Origin: an uncultured Bacteroidales bacterium
GTDB taxonomy: Bacteria; Bacteroidota; Bacteroidia; Bacteroidales; VadinHA17
Length of the DNA stretch: 64,000 nt
Assembly: GCA_963816365.1 (NCBI GenBank)
Contig: CAWFKG010000018.1
Location: 24,950-88,949, forward strand
Reading direction: 5' to 3'
Shown: piece after piece, positions 8,692 through 20,657 of the stretch
Position numbering within the stretch: the stretch's first letter is position 1
How the letters are laid out: each line of letters opens with the position of its first letter
Notes under the pieces: model-generated
The model's input: the letters and a program-made list of their open reading frames with translations, nothing else
What the model was told of the DNA's origin: nothing
Databases searched by the model: none
Program-made: the position numbers and the translations under genes

Positions 8692-9615
8692 TTAATGATA
8701 TAATATTTTGTATATAACAATTAAACATTGATTTTTGATCGCTTGTTTTGAATAAAGATTCCTGAAATAATAAGAAACAAGTCCGAACGGTGTGGTATAA
8801 TAAACGGGTTCATGAAGAATAAAGTGTACAAAAACCAGAGAAAGAAAAGGAGCAAGGTAAACCAGGTTACTTACTTTTGCGGTTGTGGAAGCCATCTTCA
8901 AGTGCTTTTAGCCAGAAAAGAAATGTTATTCCCATCTCGAAATATACCTACATAGACTGATGCAATTGCTCCCCTGAGACCGGTTTCAATTTGCCATTTT
9001 CCGGTAACAATCATTGTAACAATAAGATAGATCGAGCCGAATATGAAATTAAGCAGAAGCTTAACTCCTTCATCTCTTTTATCTTTTACATTAAGTATAA
9101 AATAAAATGCCCAGAAAACTGAACTTCCTGTAGCCAGTAAGTACTCCTGTAAGATCCGAATGTCCGGATTCAAAAAGTCTTCCCTGGGACGATATGATAT
9201 AAACTCCTGCAAAGCTGATAAACAGAGCTATAAAGCTTTTCCTTTCAATTTTCTGTCCGAGAATAGGAACAGAAAGAAAAACAAGTATTATCGGCCAGAT
9301 CATATTAAGAGGCTGAGCAACCTGTGCAGGAAGCAACTGGTATGCTTTAAGAAGAATAAGATAATAGAGAAATGGATTTATAAATCCAAGAATTGCTGAA
9401 TTTAAAAGCTCTTTCGGGTGCTGATAAGAATTAGATGAGCATTTTTTCCCAGCTAAAACAACAATAAGCAATATCAAGGTTGATGTGAGAGAAGCAATTG
9501 TAAGCATCGGTAAGATGCCCAGTTCCCCCAGACTTATTTTAAATGCAGTCGGTACCGTTGACCAGAAAAAAATGGCCAGTCCGGCATAGAATATGATTGA
9601 TCTTGTCCGGTCCAT
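8692..9615 (-). CDS. EamA/DMT family transporter; frame broken twice
   Basis: ORFs 9091..9615, 8898..9212 and 8692..8901 are all polytopic-membrane-like. Joined, they give a ~300-aa two-EamA-domain protein (FFWSTVPTAFK..., ...ASTTAKVSNLVYLAPFLSLVFVHFILHE). Confidence 0.75.
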
Positions 9616-9736
9616 TTAATTCAATTAATATTATACAATGATCAGACAGTTATTGTTTTTACCTAGTGTCCAAAGAGCGCTAGTTCTTTGACCGTTAAGG
9701 ATTAAAAATGGATAGTTTCCCGAAGGGAGAAGTGTT

Positions 9737-11016
9737 CTAATTAATCATTTCAAATCCTGTATACGGAATCAGCACCTTTGGTATTTTAATTCCTGATTCA
9801 GTCTGGTTATTTTCAAGTATTGCAGCAACAATTCTCGGAAGAGCCAGTGCACTGCCGTTAAGAGTATGGACCAGCCGGGTTTGTTTATCTCCTTTTTCTT
9901 TGAACCTGCATTTCAGTCTGTTAGCCTGAAATGATTCAAAATTTGAGACTGAGCTTACTTCGAGCCAGCGTTTCTGAGCAGCCGACCAGACTTCAAAGTC
10001 GTAGGTCAGAGCAGAAGTAAATGACATATCACCGCCACAAAGTCTTAAGAATCCGATATGGAAGATCAAGTTTGGAGACCAGTCCTTCGACATGTGTTAC
10101 CATCTCTTCAAGAGATTCATATGAATGATCGGGATGGGCAATCCTGACTATTTCAACTTTATCAAACTGATGCAGCCGGTTGAGTCCTCTTACATGAGCT
10201 CCCCAGGAACCTGCTTCCCTCCTGAAACAGGGTGTATATGCAATATTCTTTGACCGGAAGCATTTCGGCATTCAGTATTACATCCCTGTAAATATTTGTA
10301 ACCGGGACTTCAGCAGTAGGAACAAGATAAAAATTATCGAGTGTTGCATGATACATTTGTCCCTCTTTGTCAGGCAGCTGACCTGTACCAAATCCTGAAT
10401 CTTCATTGACCAGTATCGGAGGCATCACCTCTGAATAGCCTGCTTTTTCTCCTTCATCAAGGAAAAAGCTGATCAGTGCTCTCTGCAGTTTTGCTCCTTT
10501 ACCTTTATAAACAGGGAAACCTGCTCCGGTAAGTTTAATGCCCAGCTCAAAATCAATAATATCATATTTCTTAATCAGATCCCAGTGGGGAAGTGCAGTA
10601 TCAGGGATATGACGGCATAACGCCTCCCTCCCGGACTTTAACATTATCATCAGCTCCATGACCGGGAGGAACAGATTCGTGTGGAAGATTAGGCAATCTG
10701 ATGATCTCATTCCGGAGTTCATTATCAATTGGAATAAGTTTATCTGTAAAGTGATTTGATCTCTTCTTTCAGCGAATATGTTTTTTCTTTTGCTGCTTCA
10801 GCTTCATCTCTTTTTCCATCTTTCATCAGAGAGCCTATCTCTTTTGAGATACGGTTCATCTCTCCCTGCATCATATCAGTTTTGGATTGTATTTCACGGC
10901 GTGAGGAATCGAGTAGCAAGGATCCTGTTAATTATTTCTTCAGCTTCAAAGTTTTTAACTTTCAGCCGTTCAATTATAAATTCTTTCTTTTCACGGATAA
11001 GATTTATTGTTAACAT
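9737..11016 (-). CDS. serS: Seryl-tRNA synthetase; frame broken at least 4 times
   Basis: The N-terminus [13 protein letters not shown]... starts at the ATG at 11016. The fragments contain class-II motifs ([36 protein letters not shown]; ...[21 protein letters not shown]). Confidence 0.9.
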
Positions 11017-11033
11017 ATTCAGTTATGTTTTAA

Positions 11034-11120
11034 TAAAAAAAGCAGGCCAATGCCGCCTGCTGTAAAAATATCAAAAAACTCCCGATAATGCTTTCCGTAA
11101 GCAGAAAAGAATTTCGGGAG
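11034..11120 (-). terminator. Two tandem intrinsic terminators downstream of rpmA
   Basis: Read on the minus strand. The first is CTCCCGA...TCGGGAG (11079-11120 on plus) followed by T6. The second is AGCAGGC-N7-GCCTGCT (11041-11061) followed by T7 (A-run 11034-11040 on plus). Confidence 0.6.
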
Positions 11121-11143
11121 TCTGGATCTTTAAAGATAACTAT

Positions 11144-11404
11144 TTACTCAGTAACCGGTTTAACCGATACATAAGTCTTATTATCTTTTTTTCTCTTGAA
11201 CTCAACTTCACCGTCGGTGAGTGCAAACAGAGTGTGGTCTTTTCCAAGGCCAACATTAAGGCCCGGATTATGTTTGGTTCCTCTCTGGCGGACAATTATG
11301 TTGCCTGCTTTGGCTATCTGGCCGCCGAAAAGCTTCACTCCCAATCGTTTACTTTCAGAATCGCGACCGTTACGTGAACTACCTGCTCCTTTCTTGTGTG
11401 CCAT
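11144..11404 (-). CDS. rpmA: 50S ribosomal protein L27
   Basis: Intact 86-aa ORF: [27 protein letters not shown]....[11 protein letters not shown]. Confidence 0.96.
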   Translation of the reverse strand: MAHKKGAGSSRNGRDSESKRLGVKLFGGQIAKAGNIIVRQRGTKHNPGLNVGLGKDHTLFALTDGEVEFKRKKDNKTYVSVKPVTE

Positions 11405-11439
11405 AATTCTATATTTTTATTTGCTTAAATTTCAGTTAA

Positions 11440-11981
11440 TTATTCTTTGCTTTTTTTAGTTTTTGTTGCAGGCTTTTTCTCAGCCGGTTTCTTCTCAGCA
11501 GCTTTTTTCTCTGCAGTTTTTTTGGACTGAGTTTTCTTTGCCGGTGCTTCTTCTTTTCTTGCAGCTGTTTTTCTGGCGGCTTTCTTCACCTTTATAGCTT
11601 CTTCAGCAACTGTAACATCAGCTACTTTTGATTCTGCTTTTTTAGGTGCTGCTCTTTTTGGTGAACTCACACCGTTTATACTGATAATTTCAACCTGAGT
11701 AAAGTTCTGACGGTGTCCGTTTTTGACCCTGTAACCTTTTTTCCTTTTCTTCTTGAAAACAATTACTTTGTCACCTCTCACCTATTGTCAAGAATCTTTC
11801 CTCCGACAACTGCATCTTTAATTGTAGGCTCTCCGATTGTTATTTTACCTTCATCCTCAATTAAAAGAACCTTATCAAATTCTACTTCTTTTCCCTCTTC
11901 AAATTCCAGTCTGTGAACAAAAATCTTTTTGCCGTGCTCTACTTTAAACTGCTGACCTGCAATTTCTACGATTGCGTACAT
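11440..11981 (-). CDS. rplU: 50S ribosomal protein L21 with a ~75-aa Lys/Ala-rich C-terminal extension; one frame break near 11780
   Basis: 11778..11981 gives [14 protein letters not shown]...[16 protein letters not shown]. 11440..11781 continues [31 protein letters not shown] and then a [12 protein letters not shown]-type tail. The junction is consistent with one missing G in a G-run. Confidence 0.9.
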
Positions 11982-12273
11982 CTTATATTTTTTTTACGTT
12001 ACTCCGTGAGGCGTATATGATCATCCGATCATATAACTTTCAGTTGCCCCAGCGGATTTATCCAAAATTGGACTGCAAAGATATAAAAATTAGATTATTT
12101 ACAAATCAATAAGGCTTATTTTTTATTTCTTATGAATGTACATAACAGGATTTACCAGTTTGAACTACGTTATGTTTCTGATGGATAGTGAATGAACAAA
12201 GAGGTCTGATATTATTGTAAGGATGTTGATAAAAAAGAATATATCTCACTCCAAGTGTTAGTGCTAATATCTT

Positions 12274-12281
12274 TATATTTG
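12274..12281 (+). promoter_or_regulatory. -7 promoter element candidate (TATATTTG) for the 12331 gene
   Basis: TATATTTG matches TAnnTTTG about 50 nt upstream of the ATG. There is no clear -33 TTTG. Confidence 0.3.
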
Positions 12282-12330
12282 TCAAATACATCAAAAAACC
12301 GGTTATTTATTTGGCGCATAAACAATTGAT

Positions 12331-12944
12331 ATGAAGAGAGTAAAGCTAAAAGTAATGGGGATTTCATACAGTCAGACTCAATCCGGAGCTTATGCGCTGA
12401 TATTGATTGAAGAAAACGGAGACAGAAGGATTCCTATTATTATCGGAGGATTTGAAGCTCAGGCAATTGTGATAAAGCTTGAGAATCTCGATCCTCCCGC
12501 GTCCCTTGACTCATGATCTTTTTAAAAAATTTGCGGATGAGTTCAATATCTCTGTTATTGAAGTTATGATTTATAAGCTTGAAGAAGGAGTATTCTTCTC
12601 AAAGCTTGTTTGTAACAACGGGGAAAAGGAATATTCAATTGACAGCAGGACATCTGATGCTGTTGCTATCGCATTGAGATTCGGATGTCCGATATTATAT
12701 TACCGAAGAGATCCTTAAAAAAGCAGGCATAACAGTTAATCCCACCGATAGTGAAATATCTTCAGTAAATGAAGTTGAAAATTTCTTCGAGCCTGAAAAA
12801 ACAAAATATGATACATATTCTGATGAGGAGCTTTATAAAATGATCGATGAGGCAATCAAGACTGAAGATTATGAACGTGCTGCATCGATAAGGGATGAGA
12901 TCGACAAAAGGAAGAAAAAAGAAGGATTAAGGCATTCCTTTTAA
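12331..12944 (+). CDS. Bifunctional nuclease family protein (DUF151) with C-terminal UVR motif; frame broken at least twice
   Basis: ISYSQTQSGAYALILIEENGDRRIPIIIGGFEAQAI, then RPLTHDLF...VIEVMIYKLEEGVFFSKL...IDSRTSDAVAIALRFGCPI, then a third frame with DEAIKTEDYERAASIRDEIDKRKK. Confidence 0.75.
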
Positions 12945-12976
12945 CTTTGTCAATAAATAATCATAAACTTATTATT

Positions 12977-14935
12977 ATGAAAAGAACATTATTACTTGGC
13001 TGTCTTATCTGTATTTACAGCATATTATTCATTCAGGCAAAGGATTATAAAATCACTTCGCCGGATAATAAAATTTCAATTGACAGTAAATGTTGCGGCT
13101 GATATTAAATGGTTTCAGCTTCAAGGGAAGGCAAGGAGATTATTAAGCAATTCTAAAATTGCAATGATCCTTGAAAACGGAAAGGTTCTGGGCGAAAATG
13201 AAAAAGTCAGGAAAGCAACCGTCAGCCAGCTGGATGATATCATAAGACCGGTTGTTGCAAACAAAAAATCTGAGATCACAGATAATTGCAATATCCTTAC
13301 TCATCTCTTTCAATTCAGGTTTTTCACTTCAGTTCAGAGCTTACAACGATGGAGTCGCATACAGGTTTGAAACTGCATTGAAAGACGAGATTACTGTAAA
13401 AAATGAAATCTCGGAATTGGTTTTCCCTGCAGGAATCACATTCATGGTATCCTCTTGAAACAAGTTTTATGTCGCATAATGAAAGGACATTTATCTATTC
13501 ATCGCTCGATACAATTGAGAAATAAGCATCTTGCCAGCCTGCCAACACTTTTCCAGGTAAATGGCGTCGATGTTCTTCTTACCGAATCTGATATTGAAGA
13601 TTATCCGGGGATGTGGCTTATTGGAGGCGGATCAGGGAAAATATCAGGGACATGGCCAAAATATCCCGATACTGAAAAGCTTGAAGGCGACCGTGAATCT
13701 GTTTATCACAAGTACTAAAGATTATATAGCAAAAACAAAGGGTACGCGAACATTTCCATGGAGAGTATTTGTTATTGCACCAAACGATGTCAAGCTTCTT
13801 GAAAGCGATCTGGTATATAAACTTGCTCCTCCCAATAGAATAGCTGATACAAGATGGATCAAACCCGGACATGTAGCATGGGACTGGTGGAATGCCAATA
13901 ATATCTATGGTGTTGATTTCAGGGCAGGCATAAACAATGATACATATAAATATTATATTGATTTTGCTTCAAAGAATGGAATTGAGTATATAATTCTTGA
14001 TGAAGGATGGTATAACTCCCTCAATGTACTTGAACAGATACCTGACATTAATGTTCCGGAACTTTGCAAATATGCTGAAAGTAAAAATGTTGGAGTAATT
14101 CTGTGGGTAGTCTGGAAATCTTTCTGGGATAAAATGGATGAAGCGACAGCTCTATACGAAAAATGGGGAGTAAAAGGTGTCAAGGTTGATTTTATGCAGA
14201 GAGATGATCAGAAGGTGGTTAATTTTTATCTTGAAGCTGCAAAGAAAACAGCAGAACATCATCTTCTTATTGATTTTCATGGTGCCTATAAACCTGACGG
14301 ACTTGGACGTACCTGGCCAAATGCTCTTACACGTGAAGGTGTGAAGGGAATGGAGAATGATAAATGGAGCAGGGATATTACACCCGGACCATGATGCAAC
14401 AATACCATTTACCAGGATGATTGCCGGTCCGATGGATTATACTCCGGGAGCAATGGTAAATATGGACAAAGCTAATTTCTCACCAAAGTACTCCCGTCCG
14501 GAAAGTCAGGGAACACGAGCACATCAGGTTGCATTATATGTCATTTACGAAAGTCCCCTGCAGATGCTGTCCGATAGCCCTTCAAACTATATGAAAGAGC
14601 AGGAGACAACCGATTTTATTGTTAATATTCCAGTTGTATGGGATGATATTATAGGACTGGATGGTAAAATAGGTGATTATCTGCTGCTTGCAAGAAGATC
14701 AGGGAAAGAATGGTTTGTCGGAGCTATAACTGACTGGACAAGTCGTGACATGGATCTTGACCTGTCTTTTCTCCCGGCAGGGAAATACAAAATGGAGATA
14801 TTTCAGGATGGAATTAATGCCGACAGGTATGCGGAAGATTATAAACATCTTAAAACTACAGTAAATGCGGGTGAAAAGATGAAAATTCACTTGGCACCCG
14901 GTGGTGGCTGGGCGGCCAGAATCTTACCCGAGTAG
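12977..14935 (+). CDS. GH97 glycoside hydrolase (SusB-like alpha-glucosidase); frame broken at least 5 times
   Basis: The signal peptide [14 protein letters not shown] starts at 12977. Fragments contain [78 protein letters not shown], and [14 protein letters not shown]...[18 protein letters not shown]. Confidence 0.85.
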
Positions 14936-14952
14936 AAAACCCGACCAAAAAA

Positions 14953-15747
14953 ATGAAGCAATATCTTGAATTGCTTGATCATGTACTGAAGACCGGTACT
15001 GAAAAGAAAGACAGGACCGGTACAGGTACAATAAGTGTATTCGGTTATCAGATGAGATTTAATCTCGAGGAGGGATTTCCTCTGCTTACAACTAAAAAAC
15101 TCCACCTCAAATCAATTATTCATGAATTACTCTGGTTTATTTCAGGAGATACAAATATAAAGTACCTGAACGATAATGGAGTAAAGATCTGGAACGAATG
15201 GGCTGACAAAGATGGAAATCTCGGACCGGTCTATGGATACCAATGGCGTTCATGGCCCTCGGCTGATGGAAGGAAGATAGATCAGCTGGTAAATGTGATA
15301 AGCTCAATTAAGAAATCACCTGATTCCCGCAGGCATATTATAAGTGCCTGGAATGTGGGTGAATTGGATAAGATGGCCCTTCCTCCCTGTCATATTCTTT
15401 TCCAGTTCTATGTTGCAGATGGCAGATTATCGTGCCAGCTTTATCAGAGAAGTGCCGATATATTTATTGGAGTGCCGTTTAATATTGCTTCCTATGCCCT
15501 GCTTACACTTATGGTAGCACAGGTTACCGGACTTAAACCAGGCGATTTTGTCCACACTCTTGGAGATGCACATATCTATCTGAACCATATTGATCAGGTA
15601 AAGCTTCAACTGACAAGGGAACCGTATAAGCTGCCGAAGATGAAATTGAATCCTGAAGTAAATGATATTCTGAAGTTCAGGTATGAAGATTTTACTCTTT
15701 CGGATTATATTTCCCATCCACATATTAAAGGCGATATTTCTGTATAA
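14953..15747 (+). CDS. thyA: Thymidylate synthase
   Basis: Intact 264-aa ORF: [28 protein letters not shown]..., PPCH.LFQFYV, DxHIYxNH. Confidence 0.96.
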   Translation: MKQYLELLDHVLKTGTEKKDRTGTGTISVFGYQMRFNLEEGFPLLTTKKLHLKSIIHELLWFISGDTNIKYLNDNGVKIWNEWADKDGNLGPVYGYQWRSWPSADGRKIDQLVNVISSIKKSPDSRRHIISAWNVGELDKMALPPCHILFQFYVADGRLSCQLYQRSADIFIGVPFNIASYALLTLMVAQVTGLKPGDFVHTLGDAHIYLNHIDQVKLQLTREPYKLPKMKLNPEVNDILKFRYEDFTLSDYISHPHIKGDISV

Positions 15748-15757
15748 TTTTTAATAT

Positions 15758-16238
15758 ATGATCTCAATAATAGTTGCTGTTTCCGACGACTGGGGAATTG
15801 GAAAAGACAATGAACTCTTGTGGCATATCTCCGAGGATCTGAAGAGATTTAAAAGGCTGACATACCGGGAATACGGTTATAATGGGGAAAAAAACGTGGG
15901 AATCATTGCCCAAAAAGCCTTTACCCAACAGAAAAAACATTGTTCTCACCGATAATCCTAACGAGACTATTGATAATGCGGTTACGGCATATTCCATAGA
16001 AGATTCGTTGGGCAAATGCACCCCTGGAGAAGAGATTTTTATCATAGGAGGCGGAACTATTTACAGGCAGTTCATGCCAATTGCTGACAGATTATTCATC
16101 ACCCATGTTCACAGGAAAGCTCCGGCTGATATCTATTTCCCCGAGATTGATATGAACATATGGGAAGTTTCAGATAAGGAAGAATTTACGCATGAAGATA
16201 TACCTTATACATATACAATCTATCATCGGAAGAAATAG
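15758..16238 (+). CDS. folA: Dihydrofolate reductase; one frame break near 15865
   Basis: MISIIVAVSDDWGIGKDNELLWHISEDLKRFKRLT (frame 1) continues as TGNTVIMGKKTWESLPKKPLPNRKNIVLT...IFIIGGGTIY in the next frame. One extra nucleotide explains the junction. Confidence 0.9.
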
Positions 16239-16382
16239 AGTTTTTATTCTTTAAAGACAAAGTCTGAAGACTTTGCCAAGTAGTGATAGAATCAGTTAAG
16301 GTTTAGTTTGATCTGCCTTAGTTACAGAGTATTCTCGCCCCTTTAGTGGAGATGCGGTATAGCGGCAGAGGGGTGTCCCCGA

Positions 16383-17597
16383 TCACGATGCCTTCAGGAT
16401 CTTCAGGTTTACTCTTTCAAGTTTCCTGTTAGCATAATCGATAGTTATTTCCAGCTCATTTGTTTCAACTGACGGCATTTCGAACATTGCATCAAGCATG
16501 ATGGTCTCACAGATCGATCTTAAGCCTCGTGCCCCAAGTTTGAATTCAATAGCTTTATCCACAATATACTCCAGAACGCCATCAGCAAAGGTGAGCTCAA
16601 TATTATCCATTCTGAACAGTTTGATGTACTGTTTCACCAGTGCATTTTTTGGTTCCGTAAGTATTGCTCTGAGTGCTTCCCTGTCGAGAGGATTCAGATG
16701 GGTGAGGACAGGCAACCTGCCTATTATTTCGGGTATCAGTCCGTACGATCTCAGATCCTGTGGTGCGATGTACTGAAGCAGATTATCCTTATCCACCTTT
16801 TCCCTTATTTTTGAGGCGCCAAAACCAACTATCTGGGTATTAAGTCGTTGTGCAATTTTCTTCTCAATGCCTTCAAAAGCTCCTCCGCAGATAAAAAGAA
16901 TATTCTTTGTATCTACAGGGATCATTTTCTGTTCAGGATGTTTTCGTCCGCCCTGTGGCGGCACATTCACTATTGATCCTTCCAGCAGTTTCAGGAGTCC
17001 CTGCTGAACACCTTCACCCGATACATCACGGGTTATAGATGGATTGTCACCTTTCCGTGCAATCTTGTCTATCTCATCGATAAATACGATGCCTTTTTCA
17101 GCAGCTTTTACATCATAATCTGCATTCTGAAGAAGCCTGGTCAGAAGGCTCTCAATATCTTCACCAACATATCCTGCTTCAGTCAGAACGGTTGCATCGA
17201 CAATTGTAAAGGGAACATGCAGCATTTTTGCAACGGTTCTGGCAAGAAGTGTCTTTCCCGTACCGGTTTCACCAACAAGGATGATATTTGATTTTTCAAT
17301 TTCAATATCTTCTGCATCAGGCTTTTGCATCAGCCTTTTATAGTGGTTATATACAGCTACCGAGATTATTTTTTTTGCCATATCCTGACCAATAACATAC
17401 TGGTCGAGAAAATTCTTAATTTCTGCAGGTTTAAGAAGGTTTATGGTCTCAAAAGGAACATTTTTTTTATTTCCAAGCTCTTCGTTCATTATGCTGTGAG
17501 CCTGTTCAATACAGTGGTCACAGATATGGCCTTCGAGACCTGCAATAAGCATATTGGCCTCTTTCTTGGTTCTGCCGCAAAATGAACATTTATCCAT
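16383..17597 (-). CDS. clpX: ATP-dependent Clp protease ATP-binding subunit ClpX
   Basis: Intact 404-aa ORF with the zinc-binding N-terminus CSFCGR...CDHC, Walker [18 protein letters not shown], and sensor motifs. Confidence 0.96.
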   Translation of the reverse strand: MDKCSFCGRTKKEANMLIAGLEGHICDHCIEQAHSIMNEELGNKKNVPFETINLLKPAEIKNFLDQYVIGQDMAKKIISVAVYNHYKRLMQKPDAEDIEIEKSNIILVGETGTGKTLLARTVAKMLHVPFTIVDATVLTEAGYVGEDIESLLTRLLQNADYDVKAAEKGIVFIDEIDKIARKGDNPSITRDVSGEGVQQGLLKLLEGSIVNVPPQGGRKHPEQKMIPVDTKNILFICGGAFEGIEKKIAQRLNTQIVGFGASKIREKVDKDNLLQYIAPQDLRSYGLIPEIIGRLPVLTHLNPLDREALRAILTEPKNALVKQYIKLFRMDNIELTFADGVLEYIVDKAIEFKLGARGLRSICETIMLDAMFEMPSVETNELEITIDYANRKLERVNLKILKAS

Positions 17598-17603
17598 TTT
17601 ATC

Positions 17604-18281
17604 TTATTTTACATTTTTCACCAGGATCTCGTCGATCATCCCATAATCTTTTGCTTCCTGTGATGTCATCCAGTAATCTCTGTCAGAATCTTTTTCAACT
17701 TTTTCAACTGTATTTCCCGAATGCAATGCAATTATCTCGTAGAGTTCCTTTTTAAGTTTTACTATTTCACGAACAGTGATTTCTATATCAGAAGCCACTC
17801 CTTCAGCACCACCCATTGGCTGATGTATCATTATCCTGGAATGCTTGAGAGCCGATCTTTTACCTTTCTTGCCTGCAGTTAGAAGAACAGCACCCATTGA
17901 GGCTGCCATTCCGGTGCAGATCGTTGCGATATCAGCTGAGATATACTGCATTGTATCGTAAATGCCAAGACCTGCATTGACTGATCCGCCGGGGGTATTG
18001 AAATATATCTGAATATCTTTTCCGGGATCAGCTGAATCGAGGTACAGCAACTGTGCCTGAATTATATTTGCAACATAATCATCAATCGGCAATCCGAGAA
18101 AAATTATCCTGTCCATCATAAGACGCGAAAAGACGTCCATCGATGCTACGTTTAATTGTCTCTCTTCAATTATAGTGGGTGATATATAACTTCCATAAAT
18201 TGAAGCGTACTTGTGCAGACCCAGACTGCTGACTCCGCGTTTGCTTCTGGCATACTTTCCAAAATCGTCAAGAATATTCAT
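17604..18281 (-). CDS. clpP: ATP-dependent Clp protease proteolytic subunit ClpP
   Basis: ORF 17604..18305; the likely start is the internal MNILDDF. It contains ERIIFLG-like DRIIFLGLPIDD, NTPGGSV, GMAASMGAVLL and IMIHQP. Confidence 0.95.
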   Translation of the reverse strand: MNILDDFGKYARSKRGVSSLGLHKYASIYGSYISPTIIEERQLNVASMDVFSRLMMDRIIFLGLPIDDYVANIIQAQLLYLDSADPGKDIQIYFNTPGGSVNAGLGIYDTMQYISADIATICTGMAASMGAVLLTAGKKGKRSALKHSRIMIHQPMGGAEGVASDIEITVREIVKLKKELYEIIALHSGNTVEKVEKDSDRDYWMTSQEAKDYGMIDEILVKNVK

Positions 18282-18350
18282 ATTTTTAACTTTAAAAATT
18301 AACATGCAAAGATAATAAAATAAAAATTATTCATCGCAAAGTGTTGATTT

Positions 18351-19704
18351 CTATTCAAAAAGCTTATTAAATTCTTCAATTGTAACGCTCTTATTTTCAA
18401 GCTTTACCAGCTCTTTCATGAGTAAAAGAGCCTTTTCTTCAAGTATTTTATCGGCTATTCTTTTTGCATCTTCTTCTCTTTTCAGAGTCTCTTTTGCATA
18501 ATTTGCTATCTGTTCGTCAGTTGCATAGAACAGGCCATACTGCTGGAACTGATATCTTGTTATGTTTTCAGCTTCTTTCTGCAACTCTTCTTCGCTAATT
18601 TTCACATCATTGTCGCGGGCAACTTTATTTCTTATCAGCTGCCATTTAAGATCTTTTCTGAAATTGTCAAATTCTTTTTCTATCTGTTCCTGAGTGGTTT
18701 TTTCATTTACTCTCAGAAGCCATCTTTTAAGGAACTCTTCAGGGAGCTGGAAATCGGTTTTTTCCATTGCCAGGTTTTTAACATCCATCATAAGTTTAAA
18801 ATCGCTTTCACGTTTCAGGTTGAGCTGTTATCTCCTCCTCGATCTTCTTCATGAACTCCTCTTCAGAGTTCACAACTCCTTCACCATAGATCCTGTCAAA
18901 AAGTTCTTTCCCGGGCATCAGCCGGATAAAAGCGGCTTATTTCATTGATTGTAAATCTGTAATTTCCTGAAGATGTTCAACTTCTTCCTTCTTTTTATGT
19001 AAAATACCGGCAATTTCAGTATCGTTAGGGTATGCTTTTTTAAGATCGAAATCAATTGAATCGTGAATATTTTTCCCGATAAATTCTTTTTTTATTTCTT
19101 CATCTTTTATAATGTCAATACCAAGTGAGGTATCATCAACTGAAGGTCCTTCGGTATAGCATTGCCATCATTATCAATTGCTTCAATTTTTCCTTTAATT
19201 ACATCTTTTTCTTCTGTCTGTGTCGGCTTTTCTTAAGTTCACCATACCGTCGTGTATAATTTTCGAGATAATCATTTCTCATCTTTTCATCGATGATTAT
19301 CTCATACTGGTTGACTTTATTTTTTTTCGAGAGTTTCAGTTCAAATAGCAGGAGTAAGTCCAAGTTCAAATGAAAAGGTAAATTCCTGCTGGGTATCGAA
19401 ATCAATTATTTCCTGTTCATCGGTTTTTGGAAGCGGATCTCCAAGAATTTCAAGTTTCTCGTCGGTAATATATTTCTGAATATTTTCTGTTACCATCTTA
19501 TTGATTTCATCAATCTCGACAGCTTTGCCGTACATTTTTTTTATCAGGCCGATCGGAACCATTCCCGGACGGAATCCTTTTATATGTTGCTTTTTTCCTG
19601 TAATCTTTCAGTACTGTTTCAACCTTATCTTCATAATCGGTTTTCTCGATCTTAACCTTTAAAACAGCATTCAGATCGTCGATGTTTTCTCTGGTAATAT
19701 TCAT
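18351..19704 (-). CDS. tig: Trigger factor; frame broken at least 5 times
   Basis: The N-terminal fragment is MNITRENIDDLNAVLKVKIEKTDYEDKVETVLKDYRKK. The C-terminal fragment is 18351..18791. The position upstream of clpP-clpX is the canonical tig-clpP-clpX order. The middle part is fragmented into short pieces. Confidence 0.85.
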
Positions 19705-19784
19705 TTTAATTGTTGTTTATTGTCTGGTTAAAAAAACCGCCAAAACGCACTTTTAAAGAGGTTACGGGCGGCCTGACACTTTTG

Positions 19785-19867
19785 TGCGGATGAAGGGACT
19801 CGAACCCCCACGTCACGAAGACACAAGATCCTAAGTCTTGCTCGGCTACCAATTACGACACATCCGC
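19785..19867 (-). tRNA. tRNA-Leu (anticodon TAG), class II with long variable arm
   Basis: The minus-strand sequence GCGGATG...CAAGA-CTTAGGA-TCTTG...GGTTCGAGTCC...CATCCGC-A folds by eye. It has a perfect 7-bp acceptor stem, a 5-bp anticodon stem with loop CTTAGGA, a long variable arm and a TTCGAGT T-loop. No CCA is encoded. Confidence 0.85.
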
Positions 19868-19921
19868 GGTAAAATTCCCCGCAAAAGTATAATAATTTAT
19901 CATGAAAACAAATTGATTAGG

Positions 19922-20649
19922 TTACCTGCGCAGTTCAAAATTCTTTCCGAGATAGACTTTTCTTACATGTTCATCATCTGCCAATTGTGCAGATGTACCT
20001 GATTTGAGTATTCGTACCTTCGAAAAGAAGGTAGGCCGATCGGTGATCGAAAGGGTCTCATGAACATTATGATCGGTTATAAGAATGCCTATATTTTTCT
20101 CCCTTAGTTTTGAAACAATTTCCTGAATATCTTCAACAGCAATAGGGTCAACACCGGCAAAAGGTTCGTCGAGCAGTATGAATTTAGGTTTAAGTGCAAG
20201 TGCCCTTGCAATTTCAGTTCGTCTTCTTTCACCACCTGAAAGCTGTATCCCTTTACTTTTCCTTATCTTCTGCAATCCGAATTCACTAAGAAGTGTTTCC
20301 AGCCGTTCTTCCTGTTCTGATTTCGGGAAACCCGACATTTCAAGCACAGCACGGATATTATCTTCAACCGACATATTCCTGAAAACGGAAGCTTCCTGTG
20401 CAAGATATCCGATACCTTTTCTGGCACGTTTATAAACCGGAAGTGTTGTTATTTCCTCATCATCGAGAAATATTTTTCCCTCACTGTGGTCTTATTAACC
20501 CGACAATCATGTAAAAGGTTGTTGTTTTACCGGCACCGTTCGGTCCGAGCAATCCAACAATCTCACCCTGTTCAACCTCAACAGAAACATGATCAACAAC
20601 AGTCCTGCTGCGATATTTTTTTACAAGATTTTCAGTATAATAGTTTCAT
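19922..20649 (-). CDS. lptB: LPS export ABC transporter ATP-binding protein LptB; frame broken at least twice
   Basis: The N-terminus from the ATG at 20649 reads [53 protein letters not shown]. The C-terminal fragment 19922..20374 carries [15 protein letters not shown] and [12 protein letters not shown]. Confidence 0.87.
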
Positions 20650-20657
20650 TAATAATA

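Noticed and set aside
11770-11790. Programmed frameshift at the AGG-TGA site in rplU (prfB-like)
   Set aside because: The shift needed is explained by one missing G in a G-run. There is no upstream SD-like stimulator, and dozens of unrelated genes in the window show similar breaks of both signs. Error is the simpler explanation.
16258-16275. Hairpin CAAAGTC-TGAA-GACTTTG between convergent folA and clpX as a terminator
   Set aside because: It is a perfect 7-bp stem, but it has no U-tract on either strand, so I did not list it as a feature.
19730-19771. Terminator between tRNA-Leu and tig (CCGCC...GGCGG plus T7 on the minus strand)
   Set aside because: The stem is only 5 bp and the loop is 25 nt, so it is not convincing as an intrinsic terminator.
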